Shown here piece after piece: positions 1-13,256 of a DNA stretch of 64,000 nucleotides; position 1 is the stretch's first letter, and each line of letters opens with the position of its first letter. The stretch lies in the NCBI GenBank assembly GCA_963664225.1, contig OY760937.1:2752001-2816000 (forward strand), given 5' to 3'. This DNA comes from Verrucomicrobiia bacterium (lineage in GTDB: Bacteria; Verrucomicrobiota; Verrucomicrobiia; Limisphaerales; UBA1319). The translations under genes were made by a program, and so were the position numbers. The notes beneath the pieces are model-generated. The model was not told the DNA's origin. It did not search any database and saw only the letters and a list, made by a program, of their open reading frames with translations.

Positions 1-554
1 GGCAATTTGCTGCCATCAAGATTGACGACATTCAAACCGACGGTGGGGTTACCAAGCGGCTCAACTTGTTTGATCGAAAGCTTGCCAATGGCATCCGGCG
101 TCACCGCTACGACTTCCTCACACTTATTGTCGTCCAACGCCACCTTGCTGTAGCGCAGAACGCCGTCGTAGCCGTTATCCTTTAGGTAATCGCGGTTTGC
201 TTCGATGATCTTGCAGGAGATTGAACGGTCAGCGTTGTAATATTGGCCGCTAAAGTTCGCATCGGGCACGTTCCTCAGATCAACGAGGCGCAGATTCGCG
301 TTGAGCGTGAAGTGAAATGAGTTGTCGGGATACGGAGTATTCAGGTGCAGTTCGCCAAGCGATGTCTCAAATTTTGAGGAAAACTGACTACCAGAGGCCC
401 CCGACGCAAAGTCGCGTCGGTTCGGTGCTGTGGACATCCAGCCCAAATCGTAGTCGTGCAGCATTCCTGTGCCGACGAAATGCAGTTCGTTATTCCAGTT
501 GGCCGGTGCGATCCCCAAGAGATTTTGAAACTGATATGGGTTGTTTGAACTCAT
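1..554 (-). CDS. RES-domain-like protein (partial, runs off window start)
   Basis: Not in the ORF track. ATG at 554-552 overlaps the TGA of the upstream gene (ATGA). The frame is open to the window edge: MSSNNPYQF...LRLVDLR...GYDGVLRYSKV, resembling the RES-domain L-x-L-V-D-L and G-x-D-G-I-x-Y-x-S motifs. Confidence 0.55.
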   Translation of the reverse strand, partial: MSSNNPYQFQNLLGIAPANWNNELHFVGTGMLHDYDLGWMSTAPNRRDFASGASGSQFSSKFETSLGELHLNTPYPDNSFHFTLNANLRLVDLRNVPDANFSGQYYNADRSISCKIIEANRDYLKDNGYDGVLRYSKVALDDNKCEEVVAVTPDAIGKLSIKQVEPLGNPTVGLNVVNLDGSKL

Positions 555-1654
555 GCTCGTGCGAGGTCCGTTTGGGACGGCATTAGGTATTTCGGAACGA
601 TTTGGAAATGTGGTTCACCGTCTGTAGCTCGCGATGGAATGTTGAGACGGTAGAGTCCATGCGCAGGCATCGGGAATGGCACGACTCCCTGTGGTTGCAA
701 CGACCAGCAAACGGCTTTGGACGGTGTTACCTCATCTTGCTGTGGTGGGCGGCTGGCAATCCGTTTGTCGCGCTGTTCGCGTTGAAAGAAGACTCCGTAG
801 TTCACTGGAAAATCCGAGATCACCGGAGCGTTGAGCAACCCCAAGACACTGTCGCGAATCTCGACGCTCATCGAAATGACGTGCGTCATTTGCGGCATGC
901 TGCGGATCACGACGGCGTGAATCTGCGGCGTTGCCTCCAACTCGTGGCCAATGCCGTGCATGATGTCTTCATCAATGTTGTCGAAGGTGGTGATGCCAAC
1001 GATGTGTAAGGCCGCAACGTGCGGTGGGTCGGGAAACTTATGGGCTGCGCTCGAAAGGAAGCCTTTCCCCAGCCGGGAAAACGCTTTTCCGTCGGACAGT
1101 CGAGGCCAATCGGAACGACGAAACTTGGCCTCCACGTAAATCGGGTAGCCGCTCGCCTGCAATGCCCAATCCACGTCTCCGCTTACCCCGGCGAACTGGC
1201 CGCCACGCCGCAGAGCTGACGGCGACTTCCATCCGGTAAGCCAAAGCAGTTCCTCAATCGCGCTGAGGTGTTCAGATGCAGTCCGAAGGCAGGCCCTTGG
1301 CTGGTGCTGGTCATCCGATGGCAATAGCGCGAGGGCATCCAAAGCCCGGAGCAAACGGACGGGGCATCCGAGGTTTAGACCGATTCCATCGCAGGAGTTG
1401 ACAAACGACGGATGGAGCGGGTCTTCATTTGTCGGTTGGTCAGTGCCACGGCGGGAGTTTGGAACGAAGTAGTAAATGACGGAAGGCAATCCGTTCGGCA
1501 ATCCTGGCTGAGGTGGGCATGCAAGCTCACGAAGCTGCGCGGGGAAATCGAAGGGCAACTCGACCGACGCCAAATGCCCGTCCAAGCGACGAACCGCCGC
1601 CACAGGATCAGCAAAGTGGCGTTGAAACAATCGGATTAGCAGTTCGTCATTCAC
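551..1654 (-). CDS. Hypothetical protein with PD-(D/E)XK nuclease-like motif
   Basis: 367 aa ORF starting 13 bp after the cap3 stop. GDVDWALQASGYPIYVEAKFR fits the D...ExK restriction-endonuclease-like core. Confidence 0.5.
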   Translation of the reverse strand: MNDELLIRLFQRHFADPVAAVRRLDGHLASVELPFDFPAQLRELACPPQPGLPNGLPSVIYYFVPNSRRGTDQPTNEDPLHPSFVNSCDGIGLNLGCPVRLLRALDALALLPSDDQHQPRACLRTASEHLSAIEELLWLTGWKSPSALRRGGQFAGVSGDVDWALQASGYPIYVEAKFRRSDWPRLSDGKAFSRLGKGFLSSAAHKFPDPPHVAALHIVGITTFDNIDEDIMHGIGHELEATPQIHAVVIRSMPQMTHVISMSVEIRDSVLGLLNAPVISDFPVNYGVFFQREQRDKRIASRPPQQDEVTPSKAVCWSLQPQGVVPFPMPAHGLYRLNIPSRATDGEPHFQIVPKYLMPSQTDLARA

Positions 1655-1667
1655 GGTGGATACGTAA

Positions 1668-2231
1668 TCAGTCGAATATGGCTGCGATGATATTGGAAGG
1701 ATTCGGATTAGTCTGGCCTTGAATCTTCGACAGGGCGAGGCGTTCCCATTTTGCTCCGTTATGGAGACTCACCCAAAGTCCGTCGGGAATGGCTGCTTGC
1801 CCAACTATCACCATCACAAAAGCTTTTAGTTGATGTCGAGATTTCTTGAAGCAGTCCTCCATGCTCTCGAAATCCCACTGGGATGGGTTGGGGTTGCTTT
1901 CGGGATGAGTATGCCAATCGCCGACAAAGTGAAGTCCATCGTCGAACAGACGCTTGATTTCGACGTTCTGATTTCGATGATCCGGCTTGAACCAAGCCCA
2001 ACCATGCTTATCGGTGGGGTTCGGGCCAGAAGCCCGAATCACGCGGACTTCGGTCTTCACGAATTGCGCGAACAGTTGCCCTCCGGTTTCAGTTTTGATT
2101 TTCCCGTGCTGGCGATGCTTAACGAAGTGCGCGACGACTTCAGGGGACAAGCAGATTACCGTACCAAGTTGTTTGGACTCGTATCGCAGTTCAGGAGATG
2201 TGATAGGGATTTTCAATTGCAGAGAGGACAT
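1668..2231 (-). CDS. cap3: CBASS Cap3 JAB/MPN deconjugating peptidase
   Basis: ETGGQLF and WHTHPESNPNPSQWD JAMM motif; follows cap2. Start placed at MSSLQ (2231). Confidence 0.9.
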   Translation of the reverse strand: MSSLQLKIPITSPELRYESKQLGTVICLSPEVVAHFVKHRQHGKIKTETGGQLFAQFVKTEVRVIRASGPNPTDKHGWAWFKPDHRNQNVEIKRLFDDGLHFVGDWHTHPESNPNPSQWDFESMEDCFKKSRHQLKAFVMVIVGQAAIPDGLWVSLHNGAKWERLALSKIQGQTNPNPSNIIAAIFD

Positions 2232-4021
2232 CGGGGGTTGCGCTCCCATCGGTGCGTGAACATCCGTCTGCCCTGATCGGTGGTTGGCAATCTGTCTTTC
2301 CATACGCCATGCAAATTTCCTCCGAGGTCGGAAAGGCGAGAAAGATTCCCAACCCAGGTGCGCCACTCTGGGTGGATGGTCCTGCCGCTTAGAAAGTCGA
2401 GAGCTAGTTCGGCAATCAGAGCCTTTGTGGGCGCGACGTCGGTGACGCCATACGGTTGATAAAAATCACCACACCCGGTCGCGCGTAACAAGGTTTTGTC
2501 GGGCGCTTGCCATTCGACGACTCGGCCTTCAAAAGAGCCATGCTCCGTCATGCCACAGGCAAGACAGCCGCCGTGGTTGTTCACCATGACTGCGTGTCCT
2601 GCAATGCCGTAGGCTTCAGTCCACGCGAAGATTATTGGCGGAAAATTCGGCCACTGTCGCGCCGCGACGTTGAGCGCGCAGTCGCTCGCCCAATCGCCGG
2701 TAGTGGAGATGATCAAATCAAGCCGCTCGAAAACGTTTGGCCTTTCACGAAGAATCGTTTCGATGTCGTGACCGCCACTGGTTTCGACGGAAATTCCAGG
2801 CAGTTGCTTTTTTAGAATGGTTTCAAGCGCGTCGCTTTTGTGCTGGCGGGCGTAATCAGCGCCGAGCAGGTGACGACCGATATTGTCGAGAGAGAGAACC
2901 TGATTGTCGGTGAGATAAAAACCGCCCACGCCACTCTTGGCGAGAAGGAGCGCAACATCTGCCCCCAAAGAGCCGCAGCCAAATATCCCGACTCGTTTCT
3001 TGCCGAACTCCGCATTGCCGCCGGTACCGCCACGCGCATGAATCCATGCGGCGTCGGCACGAAAGACGTTTGCTCCAATCGCCGACATTGCACCAAAATA
3101 CCTGTTCAAGAGAATTTCACGCGGCATCTTTCCCTGACGGAAGCCGTCGCTCTTGCAGTTGCGCACGCCTTTCCCAGCTACGGCAGTTATCTTCGGCTCT
3201 TTCAACACCAGCCCGGCGAAGACCGGCCCGGCAGCCGTCGCGAAACCGAACATCACCGGCAAGGTTCGTGAATCCTGCGGAGCAATCTGAATGAGAGTCT
3301 TGTCAATGTCGGCGTGGGACGTTATCGCCAACCGGCGAAAGCCCGCACTCGTGGCTGGGTAATCTTCGGGGTAAATTGGTTTGTTCGACCAGACAAACAC
3401 GGAGGGAACGATCTCCATGTTTTTTGGCAAAACGCCTCCGTCGAGGTTCTTCACCCATTCCCGACATTCCGCTGATGTTTCCGCAAATAACGTGAACTTA
3501 TTTCCCGACCAACAGTGGACAAGACGGCTTTCTTCCCTGTGGGTGAGAACGCTCCAGAACGGCATGGCTTTCTCGATCAGGTGGCCCGGCCAATAGCTCT
3601 GAAATTCGGTGATGAAGTCCTCGCGGTTCGTGCCAGCAACCGAATCCGCAAGTAGCAGGCAGGCTTGGTCTAGAAGATACTTAATTGTTTCCTTCGGACG
3701 TGCCGGGGAGAATGAGGCTGGGCCTGAAGTCAGACACAGCCTTCCAGTTTTCTCCACATGCGGAAACTTCAGGTAGCAGGAAGTATCCTGAAGCAGGATT
3801 TCTGGCGGATGAAAAGGAAAGTTGGGACCGAGCCGGATGCGGACAACAAATGAATGGTCCGCCACGGGCAATTCGGCGAGCCAGCCCGCGAAGGTATGTC
3901 CTTCACGAGCCAACTCCCGTTCAGTCATGCGTCGGGCGGAGCGTTCAGAGATCAAAAAATCGTCAATCTCCTTGATTTGCACCTCGCGCACACGCTGGAC
4001 AACTTTGGCGCGTTCAACCAA
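2213..4021 (-). CDS. cap2: CBASS Cap2 E2-E1 (ThiF) fusion
   Basis: N-terminal E2-like FPFHPP...FPHVEKTGRLCL; C-terminal ThiF GCGSLG, NIGRH, GCLAC, GCGDFYQPYG and terminal CPLC. Confidence 0.92.
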   Translation of the reverse strand: MVERAKVVQRVREVQIKEIDDFLISERSARRMTERELAREGHTFAGWLAELPVADHSFVVRIRLGPNFPFHPPEILLQDTSCYLKFPHVEKTGRLCLTSGPASFSPARPKETIKYLLDQACLLLADSVAGTNREDFITEFQSYWPGHLIEKAMPFWSVLTHREESRLVHCWSGNKFTLFAETSAECREWVKNLDGGVLPKNMEIVPSVFVWSNKPIYPEDYPATSAGFRRLAITSHADIDKTLIQIAPQDSRTLPVMFGFATAAGPVFAGLVLKEPKITAVAGKGVRNCKSDGFRQGKMPREILLNRYFGAMSAIGANVFRADAAWIHARGGTGGNAEFGKKRVGIFGCGSLGADVALLLAKSGVGGFYLTDNQVLSLDNIGRHLLGADYARQHKSDALETILKKQLPGISVETSGGHDIETILRERPNVFERLDLIISTTGDWASDCALNVAARQWPNFPPIIFAWTEAYGIAGHAVMVNNHGGCLACGMTEHGSFEGRVVEWQAPDKTLLRATGCGDFYQPYGVTDVAPTKALIAELALDFLSGRTIHPEWRTWVGNLSRLSDLGGNLHGVWKDRLPTTDQGRRMFTHRWERNPRCPLCN

Positions 4022-5027
4022 ACCGGCCTCCCCCTGCTTTTTGAACGGGCGCGGTTGGTACGTCGTTGGCGATCACCAGCGAACATTTTGAACTGCTTTC
4101 GTCAATCTGGTCGTCGAAGTAGTCGGTGTCGAAGACTCGTCGCCATGCTTTGAGTCCCTGCTTTTTTGAGTCGGTCGTTTGCGTGATTTCCAATTCAGAA
4201 ATTGCCCACTCCAGCCGCTCACGCAGTTCCTTCATGCAGGCGTCTTCGTTCGTTTTGGTGAGCGTCCCGGCAACCACCGGATGTTGGACCAAAAGCGATC
4301 CATCCAGCCGTGACTTAATGGATTTGAGGAGATTGTAGAATGCCCGATCTTCGCGCTCGTCGTAGTTCCAATAACGCTCATTCGTAAGCACGGTCAGGAC
4401 GAAACCGCTCGGCATATTCCAACTCGCACGACTTATGGCAAACTTTTTCAACAGTCTTACCATCCGGCGCATTTGGTGGTGGCCCGCCTTTTCCTGGGAG
4501 GAATGTTTGGCGTTGAGTTGCTTCTGAAACCATTCGGTGACGGCTTCTGGATTGGATTGTTTCCAATCGGCGCTCGCCAGTTCATAGAGCGTGCTGTCGG
4601 AATCAGGGTTTTCCATGCGATAGACGGGAACGTCCACGTGATGACCTTCGTTGTAGAAGACGCGCACACAGTTGTTCCGAACCTCGGGCTTATTCTTGAA
4701 GGCATCGTCATAGAGGGCATCGCAAACCATCTTCCGCGCATCGAGCGGGGTTTTGTCCGCGCCTTGTCTTCCTTTAAGCGACTCCTTCGTGAAGACGACG
4801 CCGTCGTCAATGTCGTAGTCATTTTCAGGATGTTGGACGGTCGTTCTCATGGCGTAAGAGCCCTGGAGCACAAAATGACTTGGGGGCGGTTCGTCAGCGA
4901 CCTTTAGTCCATCTTTTAACCGGCGCTCATTTGCTTCGGCTTGGTCGGAAAGCTTCTTCCGAACATCTTCGGACAGTTTCACGCGATCAACATGGAAATT
5001 CCTAATTTCTTTACTGCAATCAATCAT
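4014..5027 (-). CDS. cGAS/DncV-like nucleotidyltransferase (CD-NTase)
   Basis: QGSYAMRT...DYDIDDG and HVDVP catalytic motifs; C-terminal KAGGGRFG tail of the kind conjugated by Cap2. Confidence 0.93.
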   Translation of the reverse strand: MIDCSKEIRNFHVDRVKLSEDVRKKLSDQAEANERRLKDGLKVADEPPPSHFVLQGSYAMRTTVQHPENDYDIDDGVVFTKESLKGRQGADKTPLDARKMVCDALYDDAFKNKPEVRNNCVRVFYNEGHHVDVPVYRMENPDSDSTLYELASADWKQSNPEAVTEWFQKQLNAKHSSQEKAGHHQMRRMVRLLKKFAISRASWNMPSGFVLTVLTNERYWNYDEREDRAFYNLLKSIKSRLDGSLLVQHPVVAGTLTKTNEDACMKELRERLEWAISELEITQTTDSKKQGLKAWRRVFDTDYFDDQIDESSSKCSLVIANDVPTAPVQKAGGGRFG

Positions 5028-6145
5028 AGTTTCAGCTCCTTCTGGTTTGGTGTGGTGAATTCCCGCATACTTCGGAACGTGTCGGCAATTATTTTACCCT
5101 GCTCATTTGTGATTTCGTCCTGACAAAGTCGGAAGGCCGCCACAGCGTCGTCTGCGCCGAATGTAGCAAACGCGTGCAACGCATCTGGCGATGCCAGATC
5201 CATTTGAAGGAACTTTAAGTGCGCCTCCGAACGGCGCTCTTCCGGGAATCGAACGATTCTGATTTGTCGGGCTTCGGTTGAGAGGCACTTAACCAAGAAA
5301 TGCGCGGCAAAATTAGCGCTCGAAGCCTGAGCGTTCATTGAAAGTGTGAGTGCTTTTGCGCCGGCTTTCCAATGCCATAATCCCCGGTTAAGGGATTTCT
5401 CATTCAAAAGCATCCCTTCTGGAGCCGAACAGGTGCCCACGGACAATATGTGGATAGGTTGGTTTGGCTTAGCCAATTGCAACGCTTCTATCAACGCAAT
5501 CAACACAGGATTATTCGCTGCAAGCCCGCCGTCTGCATAGCTTTCAAGCACTTGTGAGTCGAAGGGAGAACGAATGCCAGCAAGAGGAAGAAAAATTGGA
5601 GCGGCACTGGTTGCGAGACACAAATCTACGAGGCTATATGGGTCATCAAGGTTTTTCGTCGGAAGGTGTGGAGTTTTGAAGACTCGAAATTTCTCGTCCA
5701 ATAGATTTACGGCGGTGAGGCACAATCCGATGTTTCGGCTCTCATATAACTGCTTCACTGTTGTATCGCCAAAGAGCCCTTGCAAAGCCTCCCGAAGTGG
5801 TGCGGACGAGTTCGCTGGCTTAAAGAACGATTTGGCGGCCCAAATCAGGAAAGCCACCGGGCTTTGCGGTTGAGGGTTTTTGAAAATCTGCGGACCCACA
5901 TTTCGATAGAGGTCAACAACCTTTGAAATCGACAAACCATACGCCAATCCGGTGGCAAGTATGCCGCCAGTGCTCGTGCCGACTATCAAATCGAATGCCG
6001 CCCCAATGTCCAATTCTGGAATTGATCGTTGTTCAGCGAAGCGCAAAGCCAGACGGTGCATCAACGTTGCAGTATACAGTCCACGCATACCGCCCCCGTC
6101 CAGAGACAGTACACGAAATGGTTTTGCTTGATCGGGATGACTCAT
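5024..6145 (-). CDS. capV: Patatin-like phospholipase CBASS effector
   Basis: LSLDGGGMRG, GTSTG, SAAP and DGG motifs; stop overlaps the CD-NTase start. Confidence 0.92.
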   Translation of the reverse strand: MSHPDQAKPFRVLSLDGGGMRGLYTATLMHRLALRFAEQRSIPELDIGAAFDLIVGTSTGGILATGLAYGLSISKVVDLYRNVGPQIFKNPQPQSPVAFLIWAAKSFFKPANSSAPLREALQGLFGDTTVKQLYESRNIGLCLTAVNLLDEKFRVFKTPHLPTKNLDDPYSLVDLCLATSAAPIFLPLAGIRSPFDSQVLESYADGGLAANNPVLIALIEALQLAKPNQPIHILSVGTCSAPEGMLLNEKSLNRGLWHWKAGAKALTLSMNAQASSANFAAHFLVKCLSTEARQIRIVRFPEERRSEAHLKFLQMDLASPDALHAFATFGADDAVAAFRLCQDEITNEQGKIIADTFRSMREFTTPNQKELKL

Positions 6146-6152
6146 ACGGTTG

Positions 6153-9677
<3,525 letters not shown>

Positions 9678-9750
9678 GCCACCACAGTGGAGTAACCGAT
9701 TCTCATTGTGAAGCCCGTTATTTGCATATATCCTGACTGCGCAATCAGGT

Positions 9751-10704
9751 ATGCTTCCTGAAGTTGTCGCTAAAAATGGATTCTCGCTGGATCGGCTCGC
9801 CACGCTCTGTAACGTGATTGAGTCGGGATCAATCACTGCGGCTGCCGGGCCGAACACGAGCCGCCAAAGCCAGTTCAGTCGGCAAATCAAAGAATTGGAA
9901 GAAGCTGTTGGCGCAAAGCTGTTCGAGCGGATCGGAAAAACTCTGAAACCCACGCCATTCGGGGAGCAGTTGGCTCGGATGAGCCGAACTTTCTTTGGGG
10001 CGGTTGCGGAGCTTGCGTCAAATGAAGCTGACAAGCCTGGGCAGCTAAGCGTTGGCGGTGGTGAAGGTATGCTTCGTTGGGTGCTGGTGCCCTGCATCTC
10101 GGCTCTGCGGGAACTCGATCCGCCAATTCATTGCAAGGTGCGGTGCTTGCGGAGCGCCGAAATTGTCCGCGAACTGGAGTTGGGGCGGATTGACGTTGGC
10201 TTGGTTCGTAAAACTGCCATTTCGGAAAACGTAGCTTTTGAGAAGATTGGAACGTTCGAGTTCGTGCTCGTCATCCCCCGTCGACTCTTGCGTTCTCGAA
10301 GTGGTGAGGAAGCCTACGAAGGCAAACCTTTAGCCTACGCTGAACTCACAGGAGAAGGACAACTGGCGACAATGGCGCGGGATATTTCCAAAGAGGCCGG
10401 AATCCATTTGAACCGCGTTATCCAAGCGGAAACCCTGTCACTCCTCCTTGCTGCGGTTGAACACGGGGATGCCGCCGCTTTTCTGCCGACACCATCTACT
10501 TTCGCGCTACCGAACGACCGGTTCGCGGTTTTGCAGATCGAGAACATCGACAAGCTGAGTCGCGAAATGGTGTTGGCTTGGATTCCTGAAGCGTCAGACC
10601 AAAAGCCCGCGCTCAAGAGGGCGATCCGCGTCCTTTCCCGGAGTCTTCGACAATCGATGTCGGATTATGCGAGAGTTCCCGGCAACGACGCGGGAAAACG
10701 GTAA
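9751..10704 (+). CDS. LysR-family transcriptional regulator
   Basis: N-terminal HTH (GSITAAA...QSQFSRQIKELE...LFER) plus substrate-binding domain; divergent from the helicase across 73 bp. Confidence 0.88.
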   Translation: MLPEVVAKNGFSLDRLATLCNVIESGSITAAAGPNTSRQSQFSRQIKELEEAVGAKLFERIGKTLKPTPFGEQLARMSRTFFGAVAELASNEADKPGQLSVGGGEGMLRWVLVPCISALRELDPPIHCKVRCLRSAEIVRELELGRIDVGLVRKTAISENVAFEKIGTFEFVLVIPRRLLRSRSGEEAYEGKPLAYAELTGEGQLATMARDISKEAGIHLNRVIQAETLSLLLAAVEHGDAAAFLPTPSTFALPNDRFAVLQIENIDKLSREMVLAWIPEASDQKPALKRAIRVLSRSLRQSMSDYARVPGNDAGKR

Positions 10705-10986
10705 AAGGATCGGGATTAGCTCAATACGAATGGCCCATCCCGCGCCACCCCGCACAGCACCAACTTCCAGCGCCTGTCCGACGCTTGCAGATGAGACCGA
10801 CATTGGTCCCGCTATAAGCTTTTGTGGTGCATGTGTCTGGCTCCCCGGGCAGCCTTGCTCTTCCGTCGAATTATCTGTCATTGAATGGCAGGCGTTGCGG
10901 CAAAAATTGCTTTGTTTCGCGTCGGCAACACCGACCCCGGTCGCAATCGCGCTCACCAGCTTGCTGACGGTGTCTGATTCGCTCCT

Positions 10987-11574
10987 TCAGACCCGGTGCC
11001 AGTGCCTTGGATTGGGAGTGGTTTTGGGTGCTGGAGTTTCTTCCCTCATGCCTTGTGCCTGGAGGATGGCGTGAGCGCGGGCCTTCTCTTCAGCGGTCGG
11101 TGGATGTGACGGTAGAATTTGCGCGAAGCGTCCCTGGGCTTGGTCGAAGACCTCCACGCTGGTTTCACCAAAGCCGCGGAACGCACCGGCAGCGGTGCGC
11201 AGGATGGGTAGGAATCGCACCTTTTGAACGCCCACCGCTTCCCCGATTAGCGCCACAACTTCCTGGCGGTCGGGCGCTTGGGAAGGCGGCAGGGTGAGAT
11301 CAAGGGGGACGCCCGGTACGGCGTGCCTGACCCAAGATTCAAGGACCATGACCCCGGCTGTGGCACCGTGTGCGAGGGCTAAGAGACGCGCAGTAGTGGT
11401 GAAGTGGTTCTTTGCCTCCTCGTCACCCAGGTTTCTGGGAACGTAAATGCCGGCCCCCGTAGGGCTGAGGAGCAGGAACGTTCCCGGCACTTTTCCGTCG
11501 TAACGGAGAGAGAACTCCGCATAGCGTTCAGCGTGACTGAGCAAGTCATCGAGGGGAGTGGGCTTAAGTGTCAT
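10987..11574 (-). CDS. Hypothetical protein
   Basis: Protein-like ORF co-oriented with the transfer operon; start placed at MTLKP. No motif recognised. Confidence 0.6.
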   Translation of the reverse strand: MTLKPTPLDDLLSHAERYAEFSLRYDGKVPGTFLLLSPTGAGIYVPRNLGDEEAKNHFTTTARLLALAHGATAGVMVLESWVRHAVPGVPLDLTLPPSQAPDRQEVVALIGEAVGVQKVRFLPILRTAAGAFRGFGETSVEVFDQAQGRFAQILPSHPPTAEEKARAHAILQAQGMREETPAPKTTPNPRHWHRV

Positions 11575-11656
11575 AATAGAATAAGGGATGGTCAGTTGGT
11601 TGTTTTTGGAAGGGTCATCGGCGCGGAGCTTGCGGCGTGCGCCTGTTTTCCAAACG

Positions 11657-12031
11657 TCATTGCGTTTGGACATTTGCGGGTTCAACGGCTGCCGGGCTCG
11701 GAGTGAACTGGCCTTGCTCTCGTCGGCCGTTACGGCGATGACTCAGCGGGGAGTTGGGAACCTTTGTGCGATTCTTGCGGTGCCAGTGGTTTTGCACAGA
11801 CTCGGTGGCGCGGCAGAGCCATTTAACATCACCACTCAACTGCTCCAAATCGATGGTGGCAAAGTGTTTAGTCGAATTTGGCGATGGACGTCCGAGCGGC
11901 TTGAGTAAGCCGGCCGCCATGAGTATCGGCAGGTCGTGAACCTGAAAACCGAGAAACTGGGCGGCCTGCTCCACGGTGAGGCGTGCAGGCAATCGGGGCA
12001 GGGAAAGCAGATGCTTCTGGTCCGTGTTCAT
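11657..12031 (-). CDS. Excisionase-like helix-turn-helix protein
   Basis: LTVEQAAQFLGF...GLLKP resembles MerR/excisionase-type HTH proteins. Confidence 0.6.
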   Translation of the reverse strand: MNTDQKHLLSLPRLPARLTVEQAAQFLGFQVHDLPILMAAGLLKPLGRPSPNSTKHFATIDLEQLSGDVKWLCRATESVQNHWHRKNRTKVPNSPLSHRRNGRREQGQFTPSPAAVEPANVQTQ

Positions 12032-12214
12032 AAGCGAGGCCTGAGTGTGGATTCAGCGGGTAGCGAACGGGTCGGCGTGTTCTGACGCACGTTGAGATAC
12101 GGCAGTCGCATTGGGCGGTGAGGCAAGAAACGGCGAGGGTCGATGGCTCGCTCAGTCCTCGCAAGCCGTGAACCATGGCAAAAACCGCGGCCAGGGGAGG
12201 ACAGCGGATAGCGG

Positions 12215-12493
12215 TCAGGCCTGCGGGCCGATGTCCTTCTCCAGGGTCTGCGCGCAGATCCAGGTGTGTGTCGTGTCGGCCACCTTGGCGAGGACGAGTA
12301 GGTCGTCACGGCCAAAGGATTCGGTGGACTTCCACTGATCGTCCTCCTTTTCCTTGAAGAGGCGGCTGAACGTGGCGTTGTAACGAACCCCGTTGCAGGT
12401 GTTATTCTTCCAGATCGCGGCCTTGATGGAGCCGATCCGGACCTCATGGGCTGGTTTGTCTTTTGATTTTTGCATAAGAGTGTCGGAATCCAT
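12215..12493 (-). CDS. Small hypothetical protein, possibly ssDNA-binding
   Basis: GGAGGTG RBS before the ATG at 12493. KPAHEVRIGSIKAAIWKN...WKSTESFGRDDL has a beta-rich, aromatic and basic pattern. Function is inferred. Confidence 0.65.
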   Translation of the reverse strand: MDSDTLMQKSKDKPAHEVRIGSIKAAIWKNNTCNGVRYNATFSRLFKEKEDDQWKSTESFGRDDLLVLAKVADTTHTWICAQTLEKDIGPQA

Positions 12494-12650
12494 TTCACCT
12501 CCGTGAAAAACCGCAAGCCAGATCCAAACCATGTGCGGCAATTCCATCCACAAGGCGCCGGTCTGACTCCGCCCATTATGGTACGAGCTTTCGCGATTTT
12601 CGAAAAAATCAGCGCGGCCGTGCATTTGCGAACCAGAAGAGCGGGTGGAT

Positions 12651-13256
12651 TCATGGCAGAGTGATGGGAGGTTTGGAGGAAACGCTCGTGCCTGGACTCG
12701 CCGGTTGTTGTTTTTCGACCTGCAGGCGGCCTTCGATGACCTCTAATCGGTTACTCACGGCCTGCAGCTGGGCGCGCACGAGGGTGGACTCCCTCACGGC
12801 GTCGCGGAACTCCTGGGTGCGCGCGTTGAGAGTGCGGAGCAATTGATCCAGCGATTGCACCTGATTCACCAGCACGCGAGAAGTGGCGCGCTGCTCGTTG
12901 AGCTCGGCGGTGAGCGCGTCGCGAAGCATAATCGTGGTGGTGCTGGCGGACGGCGAACCGGCCGGTGGCAGCACGAGCGCGGCAGGTGGCGTGAAGTTTG
13001 GACGGCTGGTCTGTTCGCGTCGATAGAGGGTGTGGGCTTCATGCAGCATATTGGGATCGCGCGGGTCCACGTAACGTCCGATGGTGTAGGGAGCGATCTG
13101 GTCGGGGAACCAGACGGTTTCGCGTTGGTCGGTTGGCAAGAGCGATACCGGGACCATGCGGCAAGGTGGGTTGACAGGTGGGTTGGACTTGCAACCCGTG
13201 TCGATGGCCAAAGCGAGGGTGAGGGTGACAAAGATAAACAACGGATGAGTTTTCAT
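12651..13256 (-). CDS. Transfer-operon lipoprotein with coiled coil
   Basis: Signal peptide with lipobox-like TGC; start overlaps the virB10-like stop. Confidence 0.65.
   Translation of the reverse strand: MKTHPLFIFVTLTLALAIDTGCKSNPPVNPPCRMVPVSLLPTDQRETVWFPDQIAPYTIGRYVDPRDPNMLHEAHTLYRREQTSRPNFTPPAALVLPPAGSPSASTTTIMLRDALTAELNEQRATSRVLVNQVQSLDQLLRTLNARTQEFRDAVRESTLVRAQLQAVSNRLEVIEGRLQVEKQQPASPGTSVSSKPPITLP

Noticed and set aside
9678..10097. N-terminal 140 aa extension of the SNF2 ORF
   Set aside because: It is antisense to the LysR HTH; the GTG at 9677 is a more plausible start.
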